A DNA stretch of 64,000 bases from Raillietiella orientalis (lineage: Eukaryota): contig JAYWIR010000025.1 of assembly GCA_036172245.1 (NCBI GenBank), forward strand, positions 2,976,001 through 3,040,000. Reading direction: 5' to 3'. The notes beneath the pieces were generated by a model. The model saw only the letters and a program-made list of their open reading frames with translations, made no database searches and had not been told where the DNA came from. Below, piece by piece: positions 48,775 through 62,470 of the stretch (its first letter is position 1; each line of letters opens with the position of its first letter). Made by a program: the position numbers and the translations under genes.

Positions 48775-51722
48775 ATGGTGGCATTTGAAGATCTTGATTT
48801 GAATCCAAAATTCATTGAAGCTTTAAAGAAAGTTAAGTATTAAATAGTAGTCAATACTTTAATTTAATGTAGAACGTAAAACATCTGTTCACATAAGTTC
48901 AATTTTTAATTTAATTCTAGGTCGCCTTCTTAATGCAGAAAGTGTGCTTCTTTTTCCACTTGTAGAACTTCAGAAGAGAACAAAATTAGGCAAATCAGAT
49001 TTAACAAAAATTATAAAGTCAATAAGTAGATTCATTCTTTCTAAAGCTCCTGTCAGAAGTAAGCAACACTGACTCTATATTTATTTTTATCACATATAAG
49101 AAATTTTACATTGTGTTTTTGACCATTGATTGCAAAATTTAATAAATCTCCGATTTTTCTCATTTCAACAGTGATATGCTTTTATGGAGTTTTCTATTTT
49201 AAAGTTCATGTTCACCATCAGAATATTTTATTCTTTGAGTTTAAATTTTAAATTTTCCATTCTGCTTCTCACTGAGCTCTCTGGCAATTACTTTGTCTTG
49301 TCCACCATTTTATGGAACTCTTATTTTATGTTTTTTGCTTTCTTTTATCTTCAAGTATCAGTAAAGCACTATTAGCAAGCTCCTCAACTTTTAAATTATG
49401 TAGTTTGCAAACATTCAAAAGCAAGTTATAAATGATTCGTTTTCAATACGAAAAAACAAAAAAAACCTAAAAACAAAATTGCTTGTTGATTTAAGTTATA
49501 TTATTGTTTTATATGCATTTAAATAAATTTTGCATAAGTTTGCTATCTGTATTACTATCCGTATTATGCTGTGAATAAACTATATGAATCATTATTTCAT
49601 TCATGGTACTGAAGGGATAAAAATTGCTTTTGCACTTGTATGTTATTTTCAGTTCCAAAATGAGGACTACAATGCACTATTGTACTTTGTTCAAAGAACT
49701 ACTGCATCTTATTTTAAAGTAACGTTCTATCTATGACTAAGACTGCTATATTGCTATACTAAGTTTTATGCAAGTTTTCAAAATAATTTGATGTACATGT
49801 ACAATTATATATGTCTCAGCATTATTAAAACCAGTTGCTTCATTCAAAACTAGTCTTAGAATTGAGGCAAAAACATCCTGATAATGAACAGATAGGAATT
49901 ATTCGGGTCTCCACATTGTGTCCAGTACTTGATGAATTCTTTGGTGGAGGATTTCCATTCAAGGGTTTAATGGAAATTGCAGGTGAAAGCGGCAGTGGAA
50001 AGACACAGCTGTGCTTACAATTATCTATTGCTGCCCAACTAAGTGGGAAAGAATCAGATCTTAATGGAGGTGAGAAGTTGCATCTGTTCTTATGAATTGT
50101 TGTTTCTCTCACTGATCTCCAGGTGTAATCTATGTTTCTACAGAGAAGGCATTCCCATCTCAACGATTATTTCAAATTTTGCATGATTCTTCTGAAGAAT
50201 GTGATGGGAAACACTCAATGGCACGATTATATTTGGAGCAAATATTTGAACTGGTAGGCTTCATTTTCAAAGTGAGCAATAAAATTTTGTTTCTGATGAC
50301 ATTAAGAGAGATTGTATTCATAAGAGCTATATGTATGTAGTTTTTGTTTCCACATATACATTCATGTCAGTTAATGAATTGTTTAGTGAATTATTATAAA
50401 ACTCGTAAATACTCTTCGGTATTTTGGTAATCTTGACTATATTACAACATACATTAGTGGAATATAATCAGGTAGCTTATAGAAGTATGGTGAATAGTTT
50501 GACTATTGATTGTAGTTGAAACTTAAAATGAAAATTCGAATCTTGGAATGGCTGTTAGCAATTTTAAAGGAGATGGGATGAAGAATATTATGAATGCAAT
50601 CATCATCAAATACTGTATTGACAGGACAAGAACCTATTTCTTTCAAAGGGTTTTGTGTTTTTTCTGATAATAAGGTTTTGGAGCATATTTGCAGAGCTTT
50701 CACATTCAAAGAAATTGTAATTGAGTTTTAGTAATAGTGGATCATTTTTTACTTTAATGAAATACCGATTGCTACTTTCACCAATGATTTTTAAGTAAGC
50801 ATTATTATTATTACATTCTTCACACAGTTCTTGTTACTCTGTATAATTTTAGATAGCTTGCATTTTGTCTGCATTACTGGTATTCTTGGCTGTAAAATTT
50901 TATAGTTCTAAATTTAGTTTCATTTTTCTAACGAAGCTTTCATTTCAGATGAGTTTTATTCAATTTAATGGAACACAGTGAAAACACTGATAATGGAATT
51001 TGAATGAATGCTAACATAAATACTTATACAATCCTGTGATTGTGGATCATATGATCCACTGAATTAAAAAGTTTTCTGTTTTAGTTTCAAAAATTATTAG
51101 TTTTATTGGCTTATTAGTTCTTAAATTAAAACAATTAACTTTCAAAGAATGCAAATATTTTGGAAAAAATATTTCCAGTATCTTGAAGTATTCTATTTCA
51201 GGAAGATTTGAAGCACTATTTGGAAAAGAAAGTGCAACCGTTTATTCGAAAATTCAATATTAAATTGCTAATACTAGATTCTGTATGTGCAGTTTTTAGA
51301 GGAGGGGACAAAAGTTTCAGTCATGTTCAAAGAGCAAATGAAATTCAAACAATCGCTTACAGATTACATTCACTTATAAGAGAGAACAGAGTTTGTGTTC
51401 TTTGTACAAATCAGGTAAACATATTTTCTAAAACAATTTTCGTTGATAATCCTTGTTCTAGATCGGATATTCCTCAAATAACATCAACCATTCTTTAGCT
51501 GCTTTGGGATTAACGTGGTCTCATTTAATTTCATCAAGATTTAAGATGTGCAGAACAGAACTGATGTTTCACAATAATTGCATCATCCCATTTTCCAATG
51601 AATCTAATGGAGATCGTATTCGGCATATACAGTGTAGTTTTTCACCCTTTTTTCCAACAAAAGCTTGTTGTCAGTTTATTATAAAAAGTAGTGGTCTGAT
51701 GGGAATACATATTAGTTTTTAA
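48775..51722 (+). CDS. XRCC3: DNA repair protein XRCC3 (RAD51 paralogue), 6 exons
   Basis: Exons 48775-48832, 48921-49058, 49854-50069, 50123-50253, 51202-51414, 51462-51722. N-terminus LDLNPKFIEALKK, STLCPVLD, Walker A GESGSGKT + QLCLQL, YVSTEKAFPSQRL, Walker B LLILDSVCAVFR, CTNQ, ALGLTWSH. The intron 1 donor is anomalous (see findings). Confidence 0.9.
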
Positions 51723-51819
51723 ATGTGAATGACAATTGAATTAATATGTATATTTAATCAATACTAAGTGAGAGCATCTTTTCCCAAGGTAGTCTCATTT
51801 GCATAATTCTGAGAAAGAA

Positions 51820-54800
51820 ATGCAGACATTGCAAATTTCTGTGAAAAATTTTAAAAACTGTACTAGCCTGAAAGTATTTTTAAGATATGAGCATTTAAAA
51901 TCTTTAAATACAGGACAATTAAGTAAATACCAGCATACTTTGAACATGTTTGATGTCCCATTTCATGCTAGGGTTTTGGGAAAGGACAGGTTAGCTTTAG
52001 ATCTTAAAATTGCAAAAGTATGTCGCCTTAGATGTTGACTTGCTTTACACATATTTTTTTAAAATTAATAGGAAGCAGAATTTGAATCTTTGTATAAGTG
52101 GCAGTCTAATCAATGCAGTATGGATAGTTTTATTTTGCTTGATGGACCACCATATGCAAATGGGAAACCTCATGTTGGTCATGCAATAAATAAGGTAGTT
52201 CAGAATTAAAGTATGTTACTGGTCAAACCATTTCTTTTTTTTTTTCTTTAGATTCTAAAAGATATTACTAATCGATTCAAGATGTTGAAAGGTTATACAG
52301 TGCATTTTGTTTGTGGTTGGGATTGCCATGGACTGCCTATTGAAGCAAAAATAAAAAATGTTTCCAATAATGCAGTTGACTTGAGGAGTGCAGGTATCGT
52401 TTTAGGAAAACTTAATTTTCATTAAAAACTGTCGTAACTTTTAGCTCTGAAAGATCTGAAACTTAAGAGCATTGTTCGTGAATTTGATTTCTGTAATTTC
52501 TTTGTGGTTTTTATAGTTGTTTGAAGAAGCTATGTACAGCTGAAACTTGCATGCCAATAAATGGCATATTGTTCAGATACAATATTAAATAGATTATTCT
52601 TGAACAATATGCTATGTAGTTGATGATAAGTAGCTATTATAATACTATTTATTTAGAATGTCATATATAATGTTAATATAATCCTAATGCTGAAATGATC
52701 TTTCAAATTTGTTGCAAAGTAAATGCATTTTTATTACTGTAATGCATTCTGTATCGATCGTATTTTCAAGTACACAACACCCAAACAATATTTATGACAT
52801 CTCATTGATTAATACATTAAAATTGTTACTTATTCAAGATAACTAAACTTTATTCAGTACTCAAAAGCATGTTCCACCAAATTGACTTCATTACACTTGT
52901 ATTGTTTTTGCACAATTCCTTCCAATTATGCATGTACACCAAACTGTTTTGCTAATGTATGCAAAATTATAAACATTTGAAGCTGATTATTTCTTGATTA
53001 AAGAATAAATAAAAATATTCTTATACTGAAAATTATAACATGGTTTATATGAGATTGCTGCATAATTTTATTTGTTCTTTGTTAAATATAATTCATGGTA
53101 GCAAAAAGTGTAGCAGCAGAAGCAATTGAAAATCAGAGATCTGCATTTCGACATTGGGGCCTTATGACAGATTGGAACCATTGTTATTATACTTATGATA
53201 AGAACTATGCTGTAAAGCAAATAGAGATATTTTGGGAATTGTTTCAGAAGGTAATGCTTTTCATTAATTTACAGTAACATACTCTAGATCTCAATCCTAG
53301 GGTCTGGTATATCGTGCATATAAGCCCGTGTTTTGGTCTGTTCAGTACAGGTATTATAGTCTTTCAGATTTGTGCATCTCTCGTTCTTAAATTTAAAAGT
53401 TTGCAATGCGGCATGCTCTTAATATGTTTCATAATACTTTAAATTTTGAAAAATGTAAATTAAAATCTATGGATTCAGGTGCATTTTCTTGTCAGTTTCA
53501 AAAAGTTATGGGGAACTGGGAAGGAGTTTGTAGCCTAGAGACCACAAGAAACTTTCTTTGGCAAAAATCACCGAAATAGTCTTGTATTTTCTGGTCCGAA
53601 AATATTAAACGCATGCATACATTATTTACTTCCTAAAATATTCCTTCAGAGATCTCGATGAATCTTGCAGTTCGGAAAGTATGGCATATGTAGTACAGAT
53701 ACTTAGTACGTGTAACGCCCTTTATAAATTGCATATTCACAGATTAAATATTTTCATTGCCATGTTGTTTACAAACCAAAAAGTTTCGTTTCCTTATGAG
53801 TGTTTGTATATGTAACAATGATTTCCATTCGATTTGTGAATTTCAGTATCATATAAGTATTCTGTTATAATATCTAGGGGATAAGCAAAACAAAAATTTA
53901 TTAATAATGCATGTTTGTAACATTTGCACATTTTAAAAACATCCCAAAGGAGCATCATTCACATAATAGTGAGCACTATTCAGAGTTTCACTGAATTACG
54001 CAGTCTGGCATGAATGGAATTACAGGGAAAAAATATAATCATCATCTGAAAAGTAGTGTATGTATAAATCTAGTCAATCTCTCTCCTAATATGTCTGTGC
54101 AAAACAAATATTGCAGTCATTATCAGGCCTCTTTTACATCGGAGGCTATAATTGATGGTAGAAATTCAAGTCAGTCTTTTATTGATTATTTTCATTTTTT
54201 CATAAGCTACTTGAAAATTCTTTTCATAAGCTACATGAAAATTTTGGAGAGTCATTTTACACACATGGATATCACAGGATAGGTGGGGAGCTATCTTGCA
54301 GAAAGTAATATGAAATTTTTGGCCATTGCACTTTAAATACGATATAATATTTACATGTAAATGTATTTATCCAAATTGGTAATCACTTATGTGAGTTCTT
54401 CTGTATTCAACATTCCACTTAAAATGAAATTGAAACCCAAGTTCACTCATTAAAAATTAATGACGTTTACACAATGAAGCTTTGCATATGGCACCTTTGG
54501 ATGTTTCCATAATTTAAAGGGCTAAGATATCTGATTGAGCTTCAGCAATTTCTTTGTTAAGAGAATAAATCATATTCTCATGTTGGGACTAACTTTTTTC
54601 TTCTATTTATTACACAGGAGTATTTGAAAATAATTGTTCATCAACAAATGAATTTTTCATTAAGAAATGTTTGGAGCTATTCTATCACATTTTCAGTATT
54701 TCATGGTTTTTGTTATTGTAGAACCGCTTTAGCGGAGGCTGAGTTACAATATGAATCAAATCATCACAGCACTTCTACCTACATCAAATTCGAAGTTACT

Positions 54801-57800
54801 AAGGAGACATTATCTTTTGATTCTCAAGTTTATCTTTTGATATGGACTACTACTCCTTGGAGTCTTCCTATGAATGAAGCAATTTGTTTTCATAATGCTG
54901 AGACATATGTTATTGTACACAACAAACAATTAAATGAGTTTTATATTATAGCAGAAAAGAGTGTATCCAAAGTTGAATCAGAAACTGATTCAGTTCTTAT
55001 TCCTGTATGTTTATTGAACAGTAAGTCACATCAAAAATATTTTTTGGCTTTCTGGATCATGATTTAGTATCTTATCAAAAAAATTGGCATTTAATAGTAA
55101 TGATAAGTTCATAGCATTTGAATGTATTTGTTACTTATTTGAGTAGTTATTGTCTGGCGGTAAATAGGGTGAATGAACTTTATTGTACAAATTAAATTTT
55201 CTTCCAGTAATAAAATACACATAGTAATTAAAAATTTGCTATAAAACTGGACATTATGCAATTTTAACTATTCTTTATGCTGAATAATTTACGTATTTTT
55301 CAGTGTTTATTTGCATTTATCTAGTCCTATTTAGCATATTTATCAGTGTAAAAAAATTATGAAATGTAAATTTTAATTTCCAAAGCCATCTTCTGGACAA
55401 AATACATTTGTTAACATCGCCTTTTAATAGTTACGTCTTTATTCTCCTAAAAATGTTCAATAGTATTTATGAAAGTTTATGGTCTCTTCCATATGTATGA
55501 TAGTAAGAGAGTTTTCATTACATTAGTTTAAAGAAACTGTTGCATATATTCAATTGTATGATTACTCCATTATTATACTTCTAATTAAAAAACATTCTTG
55601 TTCCAGCTTCGATTATGTCCCAACTCAAGTATATTCATCCTTTGAATTCTAGAATTCTGCCTGTAATTTCGTCGCAACATGTTAATGCTGACACTGGCTC
55701 AGGATTAGTTCATACTGCACCATCACATGGCCATGAAGATTTTGTAGTAGCATTGAATAATGATTTACCACTGGTTTGTAAAACCTAATCTTTCTAGCAA
55801 ATAATAACTCATTATTTGCAAATTTGTTGATATCATGTTTCTTTTATTAGAGTTGTCATGTGGATGAGCAAGGGTTATATACTAAAACGTTAGGAATGGA
55901 ATTAGAGGGATTATTTGTATTGAAGGAAGGCACAGAAAAGGTTTTACACCTGTTGAAAGATTCTGTTTTGTCAAAAAAGCCGTTTTTTCATAATTATCCC
56001 TATGATTGGAGATCACACAAACCTGTTATTATAAGATCAGATTTGCAGTGGTTTTTTGACACACAGAGTGTGAAGAAAACTATCTCGGTAAGGTTAGGAT
56101 TGTCTTATGTAATTTTTTTGTTTGTTTTTAAGAACATCATTCCAAACATCGAAACGCTTCCTGCAAATTACGTAAATTGCTTTACTGATTCCATTAAAAA
56201 TCGTCCATACTGGTGCATATCTCGTCAGAGAGTTTGGGGTGTCCCTATACCAGCGTTTTATAAAAGAGGGGATTCTAAACCCGTGCTTACAAGGTTATTC
56301 GTTTTGTGCTATGAAAAGAACCATTTTAAAGATTTTCATCATTAGAGACTCTGTTGAGTACTTTATCAAATTAATTTTGCATCATGGTACTGACATATGG
56401 TACAGCTGGCCCATTGAAAAATTGCTTCCGGAGTCCATGAAAAACAATGTCAATGTTGATGAGTTGGAAAAAGGAAAGGATATAATGGATATATGGTTTG
56501 ATAGTGGTATCTCTTGGTCAGTAGTTTTGAAATCAAAACAAAGTGCGGATTTATGTATTGAAGGCATTGATCAGTTGAATGGCTGGTTTCAGTCTTCTCT
56601 TTTATTATCAGCAGCATTGCAAAATGTCTCTCCATTCAAGTAAGTGACAGATTTATAGCTTATAACTCTTCAGGGTACACTTTAGGAAAATTTATGTGCA
56701 TTCATTTGCAGTTGATGACAAAAAGCAAAAAATGTCCAAGTCTTTAGGAAATGTATTAGATCCCTATTTGATAACTCATGGTACAGACACTGTACCAGCA
56801 ATGGGAGTAGACACGTTAAGGTTAGAAAGAAAGTGTTTATGTACTTTCTTATGTAGTCATAGGTGGTTGGTAGCATATCATGCAACAAATAAGCAGAGTG
56901 TATCTGTAGGAAGTCAGTTACTAAGTGATTGCAATCAAAATATACAAAAATTAAGAAATTGTTTAAGGTTTATTTTGTGCAACCTCAAAGATTTCGTTTT
57001 CAATGAACATGGTCAAGATTACAGTACTTTGAAACTTGCAGATAGGATTATATTGCATCTTTTGTGGAGGTTCTGGAATCAAGTATGTGACATTTCAAAT
57101 AACTAACTGACCATGCATTCTTAAAATCATCCTACAGATTATTTCTTGCTATGAAAAGTTTTCATACAATGATGTTTGCCATGAAACATTACGACTTGTT
57201 TCCCGGGATATCTCATCATTTTATTTCACTGCTGTAAAAGACAGGTGAGAAGATAAGTCTTATGCAAGTCAAAATCTGTTTATAATGTGTTCATACAAAA
57301 AAGAGTGCACTTAATTTTTCCCTTGGCATGTTAAATGTGACATTCACAAATAAAAAATAAATTATATGTTGTTATAATTAAAAGTAATTCATTGTATAGT
57401 TTTTGGGAAAATCGGTTATAGCGAAGTATGCATGCAGGATTGATTGTGGAAAAAAATCTAAAAAAGAATTATCAATTTCATGTTTTAAACATTGATTATG
57501 TGCCACTGTTCATGAACTTTTGGTTTCTTTTTTTCCAGTCTTACAATGTTTTTCGTGACTACCTCAGAATTTTACGTTAATTTTCTAAAAGTTAACTCAA
57601 AATGCTGTAAAGGCATTTTCTCATCTATCTCTTATAAAATCACAATAGTGCTTCGTTTTGCTTTGTAGACCTTTAATTCTAAATTGAAACTTGTATCCCA
57701 TAATTCTGTTTTAAATATTCAATATATGTTTCTGCATTACTTTAGACTTTATTGTGATGATGCCAAATCCCAATCCAGAAGAAGTAGTCAAACAACTCTT

Positions 57801-58340
57801 TATTATATTATGAAATATCTGCTGTATGCTATTGCACCAATTTTACCCCATTTGGCAGAAGAAGCATATTGTTGCAAACTATTGGAAAATGGTGGGTTTG
57901 CTCAGTTATGAACTAAATTATGAAAATTGTAGGAGAACGAGTATTATTCCAAAATAAACTTCCAAATATTCCTGAATGTTGGAATCTTGACTACACAAAT
58001 GTGCTGATACATGCCATCTTTGATTTAAGGAATGAAATAAAGAAGGTGTGTCGAGGTCATTCACTAAGCATGAATGCTAAGATTGTTCTCCCCTGTGCAC
58101 TGTCCACAGTGAAGGTATTTGTAAAATCAAATTCCCAATACTAAAAAATGTTTTAAGCAATATGAAAATGAACTTGCTGATATCCTTCAAGTTGCAAAAG
58201 TTTCTTTCACTGATGGAGAAGATCTATCAATATCCCTTCAAAAAACATCACTTAGTAGGTGTCACCGTTGTCGCAAATATGTATGTGTATTGGGTTCAGT
58301 TTTGTGCGATAGGTGCACAGTCATACTATCTTGTACTTGA
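51820..58340 (+). CDS. IARS2: Mitochondrial isoleucyl-tRNA synthetase, multi-exon
   Basis: All exons join via canonical GT-AG in consistent phase. Motifs: [14 protein letters not shown] (HIGH), [102 protein letters not shown]-terminal CHRC...CDRC zinc site. TGA at 58338-58340. Confidence 0.95.
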
Positions 58341-59659
58341 AGATTCACATTTACCATATTATTTTTAAGTAGTCCGAAATATATTGTTAATGTAATCAGT
58401 ACTTTACATTATGCATTTCCAATCATAAGCATGTATAGAACAAGGAACATTCTCAGGTTTTTTTTAAGGCATACTGCCACAATGGATTAACTTCTAGTAC
58501 ATAAAGTTAATTTTGAAAGGGAAATGAAATGAATGTCAACTTTGCAAAAGTCCTGTATCTGCTAATGTGTTAATGAACTCATTTTTCATTCATGTTTATT
58601 AAAGTCTTTTGTGTGGCTTTCACTGGTGATTGCTTATGCTTTTGTGAATTAATAATTTTCAGTTATAACAAAACTTTCTGGAAATTGTGCTGTGTTACAT
58701 AGAAAACCATGACCTTTGATATGCCCTCTTTCATGTGATGTGCATGAAAGAATTCTCTAAAATACAGGGACACAGTTTGTTAAAGTCAAAGAATTATGCA
58801 TGTCCACAAAAGTGTGCATGCAGTTTTATTAACATAATTTTGTTCTTCATGATATGCTTGTCCATTTAACTAGCTATTTTCCATACACAAACGGTCACAG
58901 CCAGCAATGTGAAAAAAAAGTCACTCTAAAGAGATTTTGCATTTTTCAACTACTGAGAATTTTATTTTAATTAAGCACTCATGTTGAAGATAAATTACAG
59001 AGTTGCTGTACATCACTATTGAACATTCATTTTGATTTCGTTTTTCTCATTTGCAACGGGAAAATCTGCTTTAGTGATTTCTTTTGTTAATTAGATCGCT
59101 TCTCGTTATTCAGGTGATTCTCGTTACTCAGTATTTTGTTGAAAGACAGATATCAAAAGTTGTTTGCACAGAATATGAAACAGTTTCTATTTCTCATTTT
59201 GCTTATAAAGAGTGCTTATCTTTGCTTTTTGGCACCAGTGCAAAAAAGGAATTACGTGCTACAGAAGTCAAAGCAAAACTTGGAAGCATCTTGTTTTGAA
59301 ATACCAAATTCTTGTTTTTGAAATAAAATAACGATGAAGACATTTCTAAAATAATGCATGTCCATTTTTCAAATCTCACTAAGATTCAATAATATTCTTA
59401 TTTTATCAATATCAATGATTACTAATCAGGTACTAGAAATCTTCAAATGGTATCTGTAAAATAAAGTATACATGAAGGCATTGGGATATGCAGAAACAAT
59501 TCCAATTAATTAATAGTTCGTATGTGGTATGTATACTTTATTTTAAACATACCATTTCAAGAACTATTAATTAATTGGAATTGTTTCCGCATATCCCCAT
59601 ACTTTCCGCCTCCCAAGAAGACGTACAGAGAATTTCCATCTTTGCTGTAACTTGGATGA

Positions 59660-59950
59660 TCACTTTTGGTGTGCTTCTACATGGAGTTTAGGCTCCCATC
59701 CTGAGAGGCGCGTCGTTCCGCCACCGACGAGGTGGTAAAGGGTAATCCAGCTTGAAGCCCATTTCGGCAAACCAAACTTACCACCACACCACAAGGCTAT
59801 GCATCCCCAAGAGGTGCAACGTGCCTTGCGAGTCAACGACCCAATGGTGAGTTGCTCGTCCGCCTCACTATCAAGCGCGGAGCAGGCGATGCACCTTTTC
59901 CGTTTTCCGTAACCAAAAGCAGATTTTGCGAGTGTGGAAGTGCGGACTTT
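59660..59950 (-). mobile_element. Decayed L1/Tx1 RT fragment (domains 2-4)
   Basis: SAFGYGKR..GSLTRKA..W..KFGLPKWASSWITLY resembles Q..F..GR / SLD..KAFD.V.W / L.KFG.P..F..WI..LY. Confidence 0.4.
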
Positions 59951-59954
59951 GGAG

Positions 59955-61859
59955 GGCAGAAATGCCTGAAGACTCCGCAACACCTGCGACGGGAGTCGTG
60001 ACACCCACGTCTCCCTAACCCATGGAGATGGGGTCATGTCCCACCACAAAATCAGCCCCCGCCGCCCCGGCGAGGGCATGGAATAAAGTGGCCGCGGCGG
60101 CTCCGCCGGATGTGGCTGCAGAAGTGCAAGCCTACATTAAGGAAGGCTACAACCCTGCCCTGCTTTACAAGGTAGGGAATTTATACTCACCGCTAACTAC
60201 GCGGAAATTTGGTAACGCCATCCGTAGGATGGGCATTACAGAGGAGGAGATTCTGTGCTTCTCGGTACGGAGCGGAGGGCAGTTCGCGGAGCTCATCTGC
60301 AGAGATGCAGTGCTCACACACAAACTGCTCTGCACGCCCGTTCCTTTCGAAGGGCGGAATCTCCTCCCACACACGGTGGATCACTCGATAGTGATCCACC
60401 TAACCGGAACAACAGTGCGGATGAGCTACGAAGCCATCCGCACTGAAATTAACAAGTTCGCGGAGATTTACGCGATGTGGAAGAAGCCCAACGCCTTCAC
60501 ATATAGAGGCGCATTTAGTGGGCGACTTGCCGCTCGCGTAACTCTCTGCGACAATGTTGAAATTCCCCACAAGCTGGAGATTAATGACGAGCTCGTTGAT
60601 CTCTGGCACATGGGGAAAGAAAAATGCTGCGGGCTGTGCAACACGTTTGGTCATCTCAAAAAGAGATGCCCGGACGCCACATGCCCAACGTGCGGCGCTA
60701 AGGGCCACACTAGCGTTGTGTACCCGAAAAACGCCAATACAACGCCGGAATCCCCGACAACAAAAGAGGGGAAGAAGGCAGAAAACCAAACAAAAAGCGA
60801 CCAACAGCCAAACTCAGAAGAAGCCGAACAGAAGGAGCAGGAGACTCAAAAGGAGACTTCTGAAGCAACTGTCGGCGAGGAGCCTGGAAATTAGTCGCAA
60901 ACAAAAATACAAAAACTCAAACTTTCAATAATGAAAAGCCTAAAAACTCTACAATTCAGAAAGCGAGCAAACCGAAAAAAACCGCGAACGGCGCAAAAAA
61001 ATTACGCCGCGCGAAATAATAAAGGAATGCCGCGTTAACATCGGGCGCGTTCCGTCGATCGATCGTCGAACGCGACTCCCGCAACCGTCGCGAACGCCGC
61101 GGAACCGCCGCAGGAAACCTGCGAGAAAGATGCGTGCAGCAGCGACGAGAAAAACTTCGCGAAGACGGCGGAGGAACTCGCGGCCACCTTAATGCAGCCA
61201 CCTAAGGCTGCAAAGAGAAGGCCGTGAGACGTCCGGAGGAAGCCAAAGGACCGGAAACTTCGGAGTCCGAGGCGGAAGCCGGAAACGCTCCCACCGTCGC
61301 CCTCTCCAAGAGGAAGGCTGGCCGGAAGTCCCGCAACCCCATGCGCGTCGCTCCCCCTCAGGCTGAGGAGGAGGAAATGCGCTCGGGTAGCGAGGAGGCG
61401 ATGTCCGCCAGGTCGCGGGATCCCTCCTTGGAAACCGTCCGGTCCGATCTTCCGATCGACCTCAGTCCGGCTGCCGACGTTCCGGACGTTGCGGAAACGC
61501 CGTCCATGCAGGTGGACATCGACCAGCCGCCTCCCGAACAGGAGGCGGCTACACAATCGCCACCACCATCATTAGCATGATGCGTGGAATCGCCTCCTGC
61601 CGGCAGCTGCGTATAGCCTGTTGGAATGTCAACGGGCTGCGTAGCGAAAGCAAGAGGCGTTGCATGGCCGACACCCTGCGACCTTTCGACCTGGCACTTC
61701 TCCAAGAGGTTCACGCCCTCAGGAGAGGGAACGTCCAGGAGATCGAGAGGCTCACAGGGGGAAGGCTACTTTGGCGATCCGGTGGAGACCACTCCCGCGG
61801 AGTGGCCTTCCTGCTGAAGCCAGCCGTCGCAAAGGCAGTGCGCAGTGTACAGTTCGACG
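59955..61859 (+). mobile_element. L1/Tx1-like LINE, copy A: ORF1 with stops plus the start of ORF2 APE endonuclease, interrupted at ~61860
   Basis: ORF1 from 59962 (in-frame TAA at 60016) and 60022-60894, with an RRM-like region and knuckles CGLCNTFGHLKKRC and CPTCGAKGHTSVVY. The ORF1 tail runs to 61580. ORF2 starts at 61577 with LRIACWNVNGLR..DLALLQEVH..SRGVAFLL. Confidence 0.88.
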
Positions 61860-62470
61860 TTTTCACCCGGTCAAGCCGGGGCGTTTATTTAAAAACTAAC
61901 AGTATTTGCAGTACAAGGCCCTGCTGCGGATAATAGTTCTATGGAGCTGTCTGGTGGTCAGTGCACAGACCGACATAACACTCCACGTCAACGGATGGGG
62001 TTAGGGAAAAAACAAAAATAAAAAAAAATAAAAGGTAGAAACACTTGTCAATTGGAGGGCCGGGAAGGGATCACTGCCCGTTGCGTGGAGCTTCCATCCT
62101 TTTCAGGATGCCGACGAGGTCCTGGTACAGATTTCCCAGCTGGGGCCATCGGGATGCTATCCGCAGAAAGCGAGCAGCAAACTCCATGGCGTCCCTTTCG
62201 TTAATATCCTCTGCTTCGTCGGATCCACTCCAAGCTGCCACGATACCGCGAACGCAGCAGAGAGCTGTGATTACAGCGGCTGGCTGCATTGCGTCCCGCA
62301 CGAAGAGGCGCCGAAAAACGTCTCTGGGAAGGCTACCTTCCAGGATCCCTAAGATGGAACCGAAACGTTCCCACAGAGGCCAGAGGGCTGCACAGTCTAT
62401 TAGAAGGTGCGGGAGGGTTTCCCGCTCCCCACACCGGGCACAGTTTGGGTTTACACTTCCCCGTGTCGTT
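61860..62470 (-). mobile_element. L1/Tx1-like LINE 3' end (segment B): intact ORF2 C-terminus, 3'UTR, AATAAA-hairpin-A tail
   Basis: NPNCARCGERETLPHLLIDCAALWPLWERF...RWPQLG to the stop at 62071. T-rich UTR. The minus-strand end reads AATAAAcgccccggcttgaccgggtgAAAA. Confidence 0.85.

Noticed and set aside
59095..59105. ATCGCTTCTCG, identical to the U2 snRNA 5' end
   Set aside because: The match stops after 11 nt, with no branch-point pairing region or Sm site, so chance is likely.
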